From positions 29,140,001 through 29,204,000 of the forward strand of contig OX597835.1 of the NCBI GenBank assembly GCA_951406725.2: a stretch of DNA of 64,000 bases, in the 5' to 3' direction. Position numbers and translations under genes: made by a program. This stretch comes from Octopus vulgaris. Its lineage: Eukaryota. How positions within the stretch are numbered: the stretch's first letter is position 1; every line of letters starts with the position of its first letter. The notes below the pieces were generated by a model that was given only the letters and a program-made list of their open reading frames with translations, searched no databases and had not been told where the DNA came from. Shown piece by piece: positions 39,779 through 53,948 of this stretch.

Positions 39779-41407
39779 TGTGTAGCCACAAATAAATGTT
39801 ATTTGGCCGAGTGAGTGTTGTTCGGCCGAGAATAACTGTTATTCAAGGTGGAGTAGTTGTTTTTGAACGAGGTGTCAGATTTGTTGAGCTTAGAAAGTAA
39901 GGATTCTGTTAATCCTTAAAATGTCTTTGATATAAATGCTAGGTGTGAAGTTTAAGGAAAGCGTTAGTGTCAATGAAACTGATATGAGTGTTTCACGTTG
40001 CTCCAGTCCACTCAGCTGGCAAAAATCAGTCATCCTGCGACGGTCCAGCGTCCCGACCAAGTGGCGAATATATACGCTGTGGAAACAGGGAAACTGAGCC
40101 CTATGAATCAGTATGACTCGGGAAGGGAGTTTACTACTTTTTCACAATGCTTATACACGGTTCAACAAAACTAACTTCCCGTCTACTGTAACGGTTACTC
40201 AGTAACGAGTAAATTTTATTGAGCCAAGTGGTTGTGCTATTTAATTGTTCTCCATAAGGCATCGAGCTGGCAGAATCGCAGCACGTCGGAAATTGATGCT
40301 TAACCGCATTTCTTCCAGATCTTTACATTTTAAGGTCGAATTCCAGTGAGGTCAACTTTACTTTTCACCCCTTCCGTGCTTAAATATAGCCGAATTTGAA
40401 CTCAGAACGTGGAGACGAGCGAAATGTTGCTGAGTATTTAGTCTCACGTTTTACCGATTCTGCCAGCTTGCCGCCTTAATATCAGAGAAATAGTACCTGC
40501 TGGATACTAAGAAAACGTTTAGAAGGCCATGGTTGGGTTGTCTTGCAGCTAATCTACATCATCATCATTTTCTCCTTCTCACTCTCTCTATCTCTTTCTC
40601 TCTCTCTCACAAACACATACACACTACACCATAAATCATTTCCTCCATAAGTCCATAATACCCAACCGTCCACCCTCCCTCTGCCACTCACACCACTCCA
40701 CCGACACTTTTCACCTCGGCACCATTCATCCCAGCATCCACCCCGACCCTTTCCCCCAACATTTTAGGTCACAACCGAGCTTGTGTTTATATTTTGCGAT
40801 GAGCCGGATGGCAGAGGAGAAAGAAACGAAAAAGCCAGAGGAAGAAGATGAAGAAGGTAGCAGAGAAAGAGGAGAAGGAAGAGAAGGAAAGGCGGAAGGG
40901 GTGGCGTAATTTATTAAAAAATATTTTCTTCTTGCTACTGATGACGTTTTGTTTTCGATATAAATTATTTTTCAAGAACACAGGACAAACAAAAAACAAA
41001 AACAGAGAAGGTATTAGTTGTTTACTAAACATGTGGGGGTTATTGAAAGGGCTAGAAAAGGGAGTGGATATCTTATAAAATTGAGGAGGTTTGGTTTCGT
41101 AAACACATTACGTAAAAGGCGAAAATCGGCTTCAAAAATAATTATGATAATAAATTAAATAGACTTGGCTTTGTAGTTCAGAAGTACACATTGCTACCAA
41201 GGTGCTTTGGGTTCAGTCCCACTATACGGAACCTCGGGTGTCTTCTACAGCCTGAGGAGGGGGAATGCCTTGTGAGAGAATTTTATAAACGAAAACTGCG
41301 TGGAAGCGCACTGTATACACACACATTTACACATATACATACATGCGCACATACATACATACATATATACATACATACATACATACATGCGTACACATAT
41401 ATATATA

Positions 41408-41454
<47 letters not shown>

Positions 41455-41457
<3 letters not shown>

Positions 41458-41848
41458 CTTTTACTTGTTTCAGTCATTTGACTCTGGCCATGCTGGAGCA
41501 CAGCCTTTAGTAGAGCAAATCAACCCCAGAGCTTATTTTTCTAAGCCTAGTACTTATTCTATCAGTCTCTTTTGTAGAACTGCTAAGTTACGGGGAAGGT
41601 GAACACACCAGTATCGGTTGTCAAGCGATGTTGGGAGGACAAACACAGACACACGAACATATACACAGACATACATATACATATATATATACGACAGGCT
41701 TCTTCCAGTTTCCGTCTACCAAATCCACTCACAAGGATTTGGTCGGCCCGAGGCTATATTAGAAGACACTTGCCCAAGGTGCCACGCAGTGGGACTGAAC
41801 CTGGGACCATATGGTTGGTAAGCAAGCTACTCACCACACAGCCACTCC
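41455..41848 (-). mobile_element. CORE-like tRNA SINE, full length
   Basis: Reverse complement of the 24240-24665 family. Confidence 0.9.
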
Positions 41849-41899
41849 ATACACATAATATTATTAAATTTCTTTTTCTCAATTCTTCTACATCTGCAA

Positions 41900-42540
41900 A
41901 TTCCGTAGCACCAGCTTTCGTTCCCAGTGATGACCTTTGAAAATAGGTCCGGATCAACTTCCACGACACGCATTCATTCGTCACTGCTTTTGATCTTGGG
42001 TGAGCAAACAAGCCACACATTTTGCTCCGACTCTTTTCATTCGTAATTCTACGCTCAAAATTCGTTGGCAAGAGCTTCAGGATACACCACTCATATGAAC
42101 AAGTTCGTCAATTGTTCGGTGACGGTCCTCCAAGATCAGTTCCTGAATTTTCGTGATGTTTTCATACGTTTCGGAGGCCGACGGTCGCCCTGGACCACGT
42201 TGGTCTTCAAGATACAAGTGACCGTTCCTAAAACGTGAAAAACCTCTCGTAAACCTGTGATTTGGTCGTGGCAGCAGCCTTGTAAGCTGCTTGAAACAAG
42301 ACAGCTGTTTCGCCACCGTTTTCCCCAGCAGAAAACAGAATTTCACGAAAGCACGCTGCTTCTTCGCTTTAGACATCGCAAAAATGGACGAACAAGGTAG
42401 AATCACTGCAAAGCAAAGACGCACTACGTGGCAGTACGACATTAGCCGAAAGCGCCGGTCGGCAGACTGATGACTGAGTCTCGCATCACGTGACTTCTAG
42501 CGACAGAACTACAGCGGATATGATCTTAACATTTTGATAG
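41900..42540 (-). mobile_element. mariner transposon remnant (N-terminal HTH of transposase)
   Basis: QRAFVKFCFLLGKT...RFRNG..LEDQRGPGRP...DRHRTIDELV, followed by stops. Confidence 0.85.
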
Positions 42541-42599
42541 CCATCCCATCAACACACACACCACACTCAATCACCAGCACACTCACTCTGTTGATGAGC

Positions 42600-44790
42600 C
42601 CTTAGATGACTTTTAAGACCAGCTACTGACTGATAGGGTTTGAAATATTATTCAAGTTTCTTCTATATCTTTGCCCTTTGGAATCTGATTCTGAAGGAAT
42701 GTTTTCATGAACTAGCATACGTATTTTAAGTTCATATATTGTCTTACAAGTTTTTTGACATATAACACAAGTCGTAAGAGGCGGTTGGTGCCCAAGATCC
42801 TTACCTATCTGGGCATTACGATTATCATGTGACTTCATATGATTCATGTATCCTGCTTTTGACAACAGAACACGGTCACATATAATACATATCCAATGTT
42901 CACTTTTGATTACAGTTCCAATTGTTCTTTTGCGACAGACCCTTTTAAATTCAGAGTGATGAATCATCTTTTCCTCCTAGGCATCGCAACCACTCCTAAT
43001 AGCACCTCTCCACTTGTTTATATTTAGTTTCATCAGGTTTTTCTTCACGCAGTCGTTATACCTTTTCCTCGGTTTAAGTTGCGGTCGCTTACAAGAGTTG
43101 ATCTCACCGTAAAAAAGACGCTTTGGAAAAAGTTCGTCTATCATTCTAATAACATGTCCAGTCCATCTCATTTGAGCCAAGATAACATGTTATTCATTTG
43201 AGCTAGAATGTACCATGTGAAAAACTTCTGTATCTGGTATGAAACATTCCCACTTGACTCCTAAAATACGTCAGAGGCAGGTATGATGAAATCTCTCCAG
43301 CATTTTTATATGACGCTTGTAAGTGGTCCACGTCTCACTTGAATAAAGAAGTGCAGTCAATAGACACGCTTTATAGACACTGATTTTTGTCTGCAGGGAA
43401 ATACCTGTATTCGCCCATAATTGCTTTCCAAATGCAACACTTCCCTTTACTATTCGATTGCATATCTCCGCATAAAGTCTACCATCTCTTGATAGTGTGC
43501 TTCCTAGATAAACAAAGGTGTCAACGACTTCTAACCTTGTTCTATTCACAAAAATGTATGGTTCAGAATATGTTTTTCCTGGCAAGGGAGTAAAAATTAA
43601 TTTGATTACCCTCAGACTAATTGTGAGTTCCAAATGTACACATGCAGTGGAAATCTGTCCATTAAATGTTGCATATCCACCACCGGGTCAAATTTTAAAA
43701 TACAACTAGATGTCCGAAACTTGATTCCGATTCCTCTGTTGCAATCCTTGAACGCATACTAAGGCAATGCAGCAAAATAAATAAAGTGTAGGGGAAGGAA
43801 TATCTCCTTGTTTTACACCCTTGTATACCGAAAATTCGTGAGATAGCTCACCTTAAATACTACCTGGGCTTTCATGTGTCTGTGTAATTCCTTAAAGATT
43901 CTCACAAAATGTGTTGGGCAACCAAGTTTACACAAAACAATCCACAATGCCTTCCTGTTTACCGTGTCAAATGCCTTAGTTAAATCTATGAAGACCTGGT
44001 ACAGTGGCATTTGTTCCTCTAAGCATTTCTCTTGAACCTGCCTCACATAAAACATCATGTTCATTGTTCCTCACTCAGATCTGACACCACAGTGTTCTTC
44101 AGAAATCACATGTAAACGCTCATTCTCAAGACGATCTAACATGATCCTTGAAAGTATGTTCCCGGAATGTGCCAAGTAAGTTATCCCTCTAGAATTACCA
44201 CACACTGCTTTTAAACCCTTACTCTTGTATACGGAAATTAGAATGCCATTTATCCATTCTTGTGGCACAGAAGATTCATTCCAAACTCGAATTATCACGG
44301 CATGAATTTCAGATGAAATATGATCCCCACATGCTGTCAGAATTTCACCTGGAATACCATCCAATCCAGGGGTTTTACCTGATCTCAGTTTAGATAATGC
44401 CAGATTTACTTCAATGAAAGGAGTATCGTTCATGTGCTTCACCATCTCTCTTTGCGGAATGTTGTTTATGATATTCATGTTCACTACAGACGGATTGTGG
44501 AAAAGATCTGCAAAGGGTTCTCTTAATCTAGTCATTATTCCAGGAAGGTCTTTAATAATCTCATTTCCATTTATGACTTCAAGGGAACATATAATAATGA
44601 AGATTGTGGTCCAGGGGCTTGCCACAATAAATTATAGAAGCGTTTAATGTCTTTCCTGTCATAGGGTGCCTGTAATTCCCAGACAATTTTTTCAACTAAG
44701 TGTCTTTAAGCCGTTGCAAATCTGCTTTCTGAGACATGTACAACTTTCTTGGTTGCACTTTGTCCTTAACATTTGGGTCAACAAACTTTT
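42600..44790 (-). mobile_element. Decayed, 5'-truncated RTE-clade LINE (RT plus C-terminal C2H2-like fingers)
   Basis: Collinear broken ORFs: GKTPGLDGIPGE, NSRGIT, FIDLTKAFDTVNR, FVYLGSTLS, ALLYSSETW, MRWTGHVIRM, CIICDRV..HMKSH. Confidence 0.92.
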
Positions 44791-44810
44791 CATGTATATA
44801 TATATGTATG

Positions 44811-44883
<73 letters not shown>

Positions 44884-44945
44884 GATGTATGCATATATAA
44901 ATATATATATATACATGTATATATGTATATATTTATATATGTATG

Positions 44946-44983
<38 letters not shown>

Positions 44984-45197
44984 GGGCATCCACGGTTTCC
45001 ATCCACGAAATTCCTTCGGAAGTTATAGGCTGGTCAGGGGCAACAATAGAAGACACGTGCACCCAGTTCCATGCAGTTGAATTGAACCAGAATCATCGTT
45101 GTGAAACGAAACGACCACAGAGTCTGGGAGAAAAGATTTTTTTAGCTGCTATTTCTAATGAGTTCAGTATGTGGCAAAGTAATTTATTTTACTAAGC

Positions 45198-45258
<61 letters not shown>

Positions 45259-45310
45259 TATATAAATATATATATATACATGTATATATGTATATATTTA
45301 TATATGTATG

Positions 45311-45374
<64 letters not shown>

Positions 45375-46215
45375 AAATGGGCATCCACGGTTTCCATCCA
45401 CGAAATTCCTTCGGAAGTTATAGGCTGGTCAGGGGCAACAATAGAAGACACGTGCACCCAGTTCCATGCAGTTGAATTGAACCAGAATCATCGTTGTGAA
45501 ACGAAACGACCACAGAGTCTGGGAGAAAAGTGGGGAGAGGTATGGAGCACAGTAAAGAAACAGAAGAAAAAGAAGAAGAAAAAGAAGTGCAAAAAAAGAA
45601 GAGAAGAGAAAGAAGAAAAACGGAAGAGAAGGAATGAGAAAAAGAAGATGAAAAGAAAGAAGAAAAAGAAGAAACTGGTAGGTAGATTCACTTTACGTAA
45701 ATACCATCTATGACCTCTACCGCTACCCCTACCTCTCCCAACACCCTATCTCCGATTCTACTTCCACCTCCACCATCTCCTTTCCCTCCTTCCCGTTCCT
45801 CCTCTTCTCACACCCACCCCGGCACCGACCCGCACCAGCTGGCCCGAGTGCAGCAGAACCGCCGACGTAAACACTGTAATAATGTTGACCATTGTTGCAA
45901 TTATTTCAACGGTTCCATTCAGTCTCAGATATTTGATTTAAGAATGTTTTCTTCTTCGCTTCCTTCCTCAGCCATACTTTAAACTAATAATAACAACAAC
46001 AACAACAAAAATAATATTGGATTCTATTTTTGGTACAAGGCCAGCAGTTTCGGGGGACGGGGTAAGACGATTACATCAACCCCAGCGCCCAATTGGTACA
46101 TAAGTTATCTACAAGGTTGGCCTCGGCGGAATTTGAACTCAGAACGTTGCGACAGACGAAATACCACTAAGCATTTCGCCCGGTGTGCTAACGATTCTGC
46201 CAGCTCACCATCTTT

Positions 46216-46301
<86 letters not shown>

Positions 46302-46859
46302 TACTAATAATAATATTAATAATGCTTTCTACTATAGGCACAAGGCCTGAAATTTAGGGGAGGGGTTAAGTCGATTACATCGACCTCAGTACTCAATTGG
46401 TACTTAATTTATCGACCCCGAAAGGATGAAAGGTAAAGTCGACCTCGGTGGAACTTGAACTCAACGTAGCAACGGGAGAAATACCGTGAAGAATTTCGCC
46501 CGGCGTGCTAACGATTTTAAAAGCAATAACGTAACTCTTCACAAATGTAAATACACAAGACAAAGAGCGTGATGGGATTGCAATAGATATTTTATTGGTT
46601 GAACGATATTTTGACAGCAAGCCTGTCTTTGTCGAGTTCAAAATGAAAGGTGATAAGAATTTAAAATTATAGAAATTCAAATCTAAAATATGAACGAGAA
46701 CAACTAGCGTCCACACGTTGATAGGATGACATCATCAGTCTTCAAGTTTCAATTTTACAATTGGCGAAAAGAAAAAGGAAGAAAAAAAGAGAAAAGCAAA
46801 GAAAAAGAAAAGGAAAAAGAAGAATATTTAATCAAGCAGCTTTGTGTAAATTTTGTGTA

Positions 46860-47372
46860 AATGCTCCTGTCATTTTATTCTTTCCTCCAGGGCGTAATGT
46901 TAATATCCGCAAACATATTTCTCCTCATACATTTTGAATATTGAAAGTGTATCAGGTTCATAGTGTTTTCTCGGAATATGCATTTTCAAGTCTTTTTCAA
47001 AATTGCAGCCGTATGATGCAAACTGTTCAGCAAATGTGGTCGAACTACTGTTATTGGGCCTAACGTCATATCTGTGTCCATTAACTCTTTCGTTTAAATC
47101 AAGTTGTGTTTCATGCATTCTGCTGCGTACATCATTTTAGAATCTCTACATGTCCCACGATCTGTATAAATCATAACATTTTTGTTATGGTTCCTGATGG
47201 AATTCCCTTGACTCATGTTGTTGCACGATGAACAGGGTTTATCTCTCTTGCGGCTGTACAGCGTGCAGATACTCCCATCTTAGTTTTCTTGGAGTCAGAA
47301 GTAGAGGTTAATAGTTCTCTGATATTTTTATTCTGTCTAAAGATTCCAATAGGCGGCTGAGGAAATATTTGA
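46860..47372 (-). mobile_element. Penelope-like element ORF 3' remnant (linker plus GIY-YIG endonuclease)
   Basis: Minus strand IFPQPPIGIFRQNKNIRELL, C..RKR..PCSSC, TCRDSKMMYAAECMKH, ETQLDLNERVNGHRYDV. Confidence 0.75.
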
Positions 47373-47521
47373 AAGGATGGAAGGCAAAGTCGACGTCGGT
47401 GGAATTTGATGTCAAAGTATAGCAGCAGACGAAAGAATGCTAAGCATTTTGTCCGGCGTCAAACGATTCTGCCTGCTCGTCGCCCTATTAATACTAATAA
47501 TAATGATAATTATCATAATAC

Positions 47522-47606
<85 letters not shown>

Positions 47607-47818
47607 CTTTTCTATAGGCTCAAGGCCTGAAATTTGGTGGAGGAGGATAGTCGATTATATCGACCCCAGTATTTCTCTGGTACTTCATTCATCGACCCCG
47701 AAAAGATGAAAGGCAAAGTCGACCTCGGCGGAATTTGAACTCAGAATGTAGCGGGAGACGAAATACCACTAAGCATTTCGCCCGGCGTCCTAACAATTCT
47801 AACAGCTCACCACCTTAC

Positions 47819-47873
<55 letters not shown>

Positions 47874-47917
47874 TAATAATAATAATAATAATAATAATAA
47901 TAGTAATAATAATAATA

Positions 47918-48135
47918 AAAAATATTCAGACAAATACATAACAAAAACACCAGGACTTACAAACACATATAACATACAGAAAATTGCACTACTAGGCACT
48001 GCACACATCCTACGCAGAACACTTTCCATACAATAACTACCAGAGCATCACAACAAATCACAGCACATACCCAAGGCACACAGAGCTGCGCTCGGTAGTG
48101 AAGTGAAAGCACGCTATAAAAATAAAACTACTGAA
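47918..48135 (+). mobile_element. Dong/R4-like non-LTR retrotransposon extreme 3' end
   Basis: NIQKIALLGTAHILRRTLSIQ* plus 3'UTR, flanked by (TAA)n. Confidence 0.7.
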
Positions 48136-48137
48136 TG

Positions 48138-48497
<360 letters not shown>

Positions 48498-48515
48498 AAT
48501 AATAATAATAATAAC

Positions 48516-48585
<70 letters not shown>

Positions 48586-48586
48586 G

Positions 48587-49121
48587 GCTCCTGATCTTAA
48601 CCGATTGGAAGTGTTATCATGTACATTGTTTTGTCTTGGTATAAAAGATGGGCTACAGCAAATATTCTGCTCAATATCACAGATTTGCTTGTCAGTTGTT
48701 TGACTTTAACCAGTTGAGCATGTCCCTTAGTGGCTGACGATATGTACATCTCTGATCACGAGCAGAAATAGTGGAGGAGCATCATAGCCATGTGTTGAGA
48801 GGGATTCTTTGGGATTTGAATAATTCACCTCTGGAAACATGGGTGATTCTTTCAACATCCTTAAACAACCCTTATTCAGGGACCTTTTGAGCGGGATGGG
48901 CTACTCAACCTGAAGAAAATTCTAACTGGGCCCCACCTGCAAGGTCATGTGCTGTTTATCTTGATATGAGATCACCATGTCACGCTCATATGGTTGTGAT
49001 GCATGTGCCTGGTGTACCCTTATCAGATGGGTAGTCATGATGGGTATATTAGGCTTCGCATATTTTACCCCAGTGTCACTTTGATGGCATGAACTGCTCT
49101 CTCACTCAATAATAATAATAA
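48587..49121 (+). mobile_element. (AAT)n-tailed non-coding retroposon, near full length
   Basis: Five related copies in the window. Confidence 0.8.
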
Positions 49122-49758
49122 TTTGTGAAAATCTTGCGCAGAAAGAGTACAGCGTTGACACGACAACGTATCCCAAAGCCTCCACTGGCTACTATGCCGT
49201 AAGTATATATATGATGTTACAGGTGCTTGGTACCAACATGCACCGGAAAAGGTAATGGACGGAAAGGGGAAAGCAAAAATCCTCTGGGACTTTGATTTCC
49301 AGACAAAGTGTTAGAGCACCGAAGGCCGGATATAGTAACTTTTAGGAGGGACAAACAAGAGTGCCTAATAATCGACGTAGCAGTGCCAGGGGATCAACAC
49401 ATCATCATGAAAGAAAGGGAAAAATTGATAAGTTTCGAGACCTGAGAATTGAGATCGCTAAAATGTGACAGCTAAGAGAGTCGAACATAAAGGTTATCCC
49501 TATTGTCATCAGAGCATTGGGTTCAGTACCACCCAATCTGAAAGAAAAAACATCTGAAAGAAAAAACATCTGAAAACCTTAAAAATACCCGACAATCTAG
49601 ATGTATCGCAAACTTTAGCATTACTTGGAACTGCACGCATATTGTGTAAAGTACTGTCTGTCTGAGATCCTTGTTGCGACTTGACAAACAGTACAAACCC
49701 CCGGTAGACACAATATCTTCATTCAGCAACCTCACGATATTGTACACTGTGCAACATC

Positions 49759-49760
<2 letters not shown>
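49122..49760 (+). mobile_element. Dong/R4-like element: restriction-like endonuclease domain remnant
   Basis: CENLAQKEY..HDNV, WYQHAPEKV, KILWDF, RRPDIV, LIIDVAVPGD, EK..KF.DL, LLGTARILCKVLSV*; frameshifted. Confidence 0.85.
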
Positions 49761-49801
<41 letters not shown>

Positions 49802-49875
49802 TTAATAATAATAATAATAATAATAATGATAATAATATTAGTAGTAGTAGTAATAATAAAATGATAATAATAATG

Positions 49876-50010
<135 letters not shown>

Positions 50011-50013
50011 ATG

Positions 50014-50056
<43 letters not shown>

Positions 50057-50058
<2 letters not shown>

Positions 50059-50820
50059 GCCCTGATGCAGTACCAGGCAGTGGGTCTCGTGGCTTCTGAT
50101 CTTAACTCATTGGAAGTGTTATCATGTACATTGATTTGTCTTGGTATAAAAGACGGGCTACAGCAAATATTCTGCTCAATACCACAGATTTGCTTGTCAG
50201 TTGCTTGACCTTAAACAGTTGAGCATGTCCCTAAGTGACTGACAATATGTGCATCTCCGATCATGAGCAGAATAAGTGGAAGAGCATCATAGCCATGTGT
50301 TGCGAGGGATTCTTTCGGGTTTGAATAATTCACCCCTAGAAACATGGGTGTTTCGTTCAACATCCTTAAACAATCCTTATTCAGGGACCTTTTGAGCGGG
50401 ATGGGCTACTCGACCAGAAGAAAATTCTAATTGAGCATTTTCCTTAGTGGCTGACGATATATATATATATATATATATATATATCTGATCACGAGCAGAA
50501 GCTGTTGTGGAGTATCATAGCCATGTGTTGAGATGAAATTCTGTGGGGTTTAAATAATTCACTTCTTGAAACATGGGTGCTTCGTTCACCATCCTTAAAC
50601 AACCCTTACTCAAGAATCTTTTGGGCATGATGGACTATTCGATCTGAGGAAAATTCTATCTGGGTCCCACCCGCAAAGTCTTGCGCTGTTCGTCATGATA
50701 TGAGATCACCATGTCGTGCACATATGGTTGTGATGTATATGGCTAATATACCCTTATCAGATGGGTAGTCATGATGAGTATACTGCACTTCGTATATTTG
50801 TACCCCAGTGTCATTTTCAA
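50057..50820 (+). mobile_element. (AAT)n-tailed retroposon, internally duplicated or nested copy
   Basis: Homologous to 48587-49121; segment ~50220-50430 recurs at ~50432-50660. Confidence 0.75.
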
Positions 50821-50842
50821 GGCAGGCACTGTTCTCTTACTC

Positions 50843-50996
<154 letters not shown>

Positions 50997-51477
50997 TTAC
51001 CTCCAGCCATCGGGTAGTGGGTTGTTAGTCGCCCTTTCCAACCAAAGAAGGGCATTCGATGATATTCATTGTATACTCGACTGATAACCAGGTACGTCCT
51101 AAACATGACAGCAGCTATTTGATACATGCCCACCAATCGGTAATGTACAGAGAGAAATCGATAGAGTACAAGGTTACATTGCCTCTACAGGCTTGGAGGT
51201 ATCCATCACGGATTCTGCTATTGGGTGTTTTGTTACTGAAAAGGTTGTCTCAAACCATTAATGTCTCTTTGTATGCAACGCCCACACCCAGAACTACTTC
51301 CAGGCCATCGTTGATCAGGAACTTGAATAGCATCAATGAGAAGGATAACGACTTAACAACACACACGCATACACTTGCACTTGCAAAAACACACAGATGC
51401 TTGAGTTCTTTGAGGACAATTCTTTCAAACGCTCTACCTTACTTCTTATTTATTTTACCTTACTTTTGAGATACATA

Positions 51478-51640
51478 ATGTCAGACATCACACCGGCTCT
51501 GCATATGAAGAGGCATACTGTATTTATTGCCTTGAATGTGCAGCATAGTGATACAGAGATAGCTCACTTCCTAAAAGTTGCCTGATCCTAAAATTTCGAA
51601 ACGAGGGAGGAAATGCTGACAAGGATCTAAAATCATCTGT
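51478..51640 (+). mobile_element. Possible Tc1/mariner (maT-like) transposase N-terminal remnant
   Basis: MKRHTVFIALNVQHSDTEIAHFLKVA* resembles a transposase HTH start. Confidence 0.4.
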
Positions 51641-51702
51641 TAAACACAAAATGCGTGTGCCTTGGTTAGGCATAAAACGTAAACATAAATGGCGTTTAAA
51701 AG

Positions 51703-51783
51703 TTAAGACAGCTGTTTCGGTAGAACTTTATTAATGCATTCATAGATTACACCATAACATATAATCCACCATCATCAGGTAAA
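51703..51783 (-). ncRNA. Type I hammerhead ribozyme motif, canonical core, GUC site
   Basis: Minus strand ttac-CTGATGA-t-ggtgga...tctacc-GAAA-cagct-GTC-ttaa; palindromic ACAGCTGT; first stem I pair is mismatched. Confidence 0.75.
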
Positions 51784-51877
51784 ATCTTAAACAGGTAAGA
51801 TTTCAAACAGGTGAGATTTCCTACATCGGTATGGACAAATCCAAGGTAGATAATTGATCCAACTGATGTATATATAT

Positions 51878-52189
51878 GGAGACGCAATGGCCTAGTGGTT
51901 AGAGCAGCGGACTCGCGGTTGTAGGATCGTGGTTTCGATTCCCAGACCGGGCGTTGTGAATGTTTATTGAGCGAAAACACCTAATGCTCCACGAGGCTCC
52001 GGCAGGGGGGGGGGGGAAGGCGATCCCTGCTGTACTCTTTCGCCACAACTTTCTCTCACTCTTTCTTCTGTTGGCCTCCTCGCTTAGCCAGTGGGGTGGC
52101 GGCAACTGAAGGCTAAAACAATGCAAAGTGCATTGTGACCAGCGATGTGTAGCAACATCTGATAGCCTGATCGGTCGCGGTGATCATGG

Positions 52190-52190
<1 letters not shown>
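51878..52190 (+). mobile_element. tRNA SINE (11622 family)
   Basis: Homologous to 11622-11922. Confidence 0.85.
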
Positions 52191-52234
<44 letters not shown>

Positions 52235-53210
52235 CATACATACATATGTATAGAATATGAGGGGTTTAGTTCACTTGTGATCTAAACGAATAGATACGCT
52301 AGGTAAGTGCTATAGTTAGTTAACCATTAGGTTCCAAGATCACAGCTAAGGCTGGATCTAGCAATCTGTGTTAGGGTTCTGTTATATCATGTATATATCA
52401 TATTCGAGGAAAAATTTAAATCAAGTTAGAGCGAGTATCTTAAGTCATTTACAATAATTTAATTATGGTAAGGTACCCTAATTAAGTTATTCTAAATGAC
52501 TTGAGATACTCGTTCTGCCTTGGTTTTGATTTTCGTTTAAAATAAATATATATACACGCATAAGCACGCGCGCACACACACAAACTAGTGCACGCACGCA
52601 CACGCAAACACACACACACACACGAATATATATGTATCTATGAATATGAGACCATCGTATTACCATCACCATTATCATCATAATGATCACCGTTATCATC
52701 ATAATGAACACTGTTATCATCATCATCATCAGTGTTATCATCGTCGTCATCATCAGTTTTCCTTTCTTTCCGACAACAGCATTGTCCAGTTACTTATCTG
52801 CCGAGAGTACTTGACGATGGTCCAGATAATGAACACTCAACCTCTATCTAAGCTGGACCCATGGTTGTATCTCGATCAAAAAGATAGTTTGCGGAACAAA
52901 CGTATCTTAAGACTACGGTAGGATTTGAACCCTGAACGGCACGAACCAGTACTAATATCTCACAATGAGCAGACCGTCCAACTTTGAGGAATCCTGTCTG
53001 TGCATTTTCCAAGATTGCTGCTTTATTTTTAAGACCCCTTACAAATCAAAGGCAATATTGACCTCAGCTGTATTCGATCGCAGAACGTTAAGACCCGGAA
53101 CAAATACTTCGCAACGTCCAGTCCGCCCCACTCTGACGGATCCGTAAATCCATCTATCAAGATTTCTACTTTATTTCAATAATGACCTCGTTGGAATGCA
53201 AAGCAAAGTT

Positions 53211-53948
53211 GGATCTCTTCAAGTTAGCACACAGGTTTTAAAATCATTTTTTTTTTAAATAAACAGTTTGAAGCTTCGTATACTGGTGTAATTTCTCACG
53301 CTGAATACGTTCTACTTTCAGCATTTTTGACAAAATTTCGTATTTTAGAAGTTATTTCGTGTTAAAGTTGTCGTATTTGGGTAATTTCAACCAATCAACG
53401 GCATGTATTCAACTGAATAAACCTACAGCCAAAGAGCAACAATTTCCGGGTCATCTCTACAAAATGTCACCAATCTGTTCTATTTTAATTTTGTTTACCA
53501 CCCGTGTTGCATATTGCACAATTCATTTTTTTTTAGTTTTCGATCTCGTCTTTGTACATTTGTATTTTACTCACTCGTACAAAGAGGCGATTGGAAAGCA
53601 AAAAACCAAAAAAAAATAACTGTGCATTATGCAACACAGGCAGTAAACAAAAATAAAATAGAACAGAGTAGGGACATTTAGTAGAGATGACCCCGGACGT
53701 TGTTGCTCTTCGATTACTGTCGCAAACAACAGTAGCTTTCTTCAGCTGAATACACGTCGTTGATTGGTTAAAATTACCCAAATACGACAACTTTATAACA
53801 GGAAATAAATTTTAAAATACGATATTTTGTCAAAAGTGTTGAAAGTAAACCGTGTTCAGCGTGAGAAATTACACCAGTATACGAATTTCAAACTGTTTAG
53901 TTAAAAAAAAAAAATGTTTTTAATCTGTGAGCTAAAGTGAAGAGATTT
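53211..53948. mobile_element. Foldback MITE with ~310-bp imperfect TIRs and 8-bp TSD, Merlin-like
   Basis: GGATCTCTTCA...TGAAGAGATTT ends; TSD GCAAAGTT (53203-53210) / GCAAACTT (53949-53956); arms are reverse complementary. Confidence 0.85.

Noticed and set aside
42600-44790. Active RTE retrotransposon
   Set aside because: Multiple stops and frameshifts, no intact YADD region visible, no endonuclease domain
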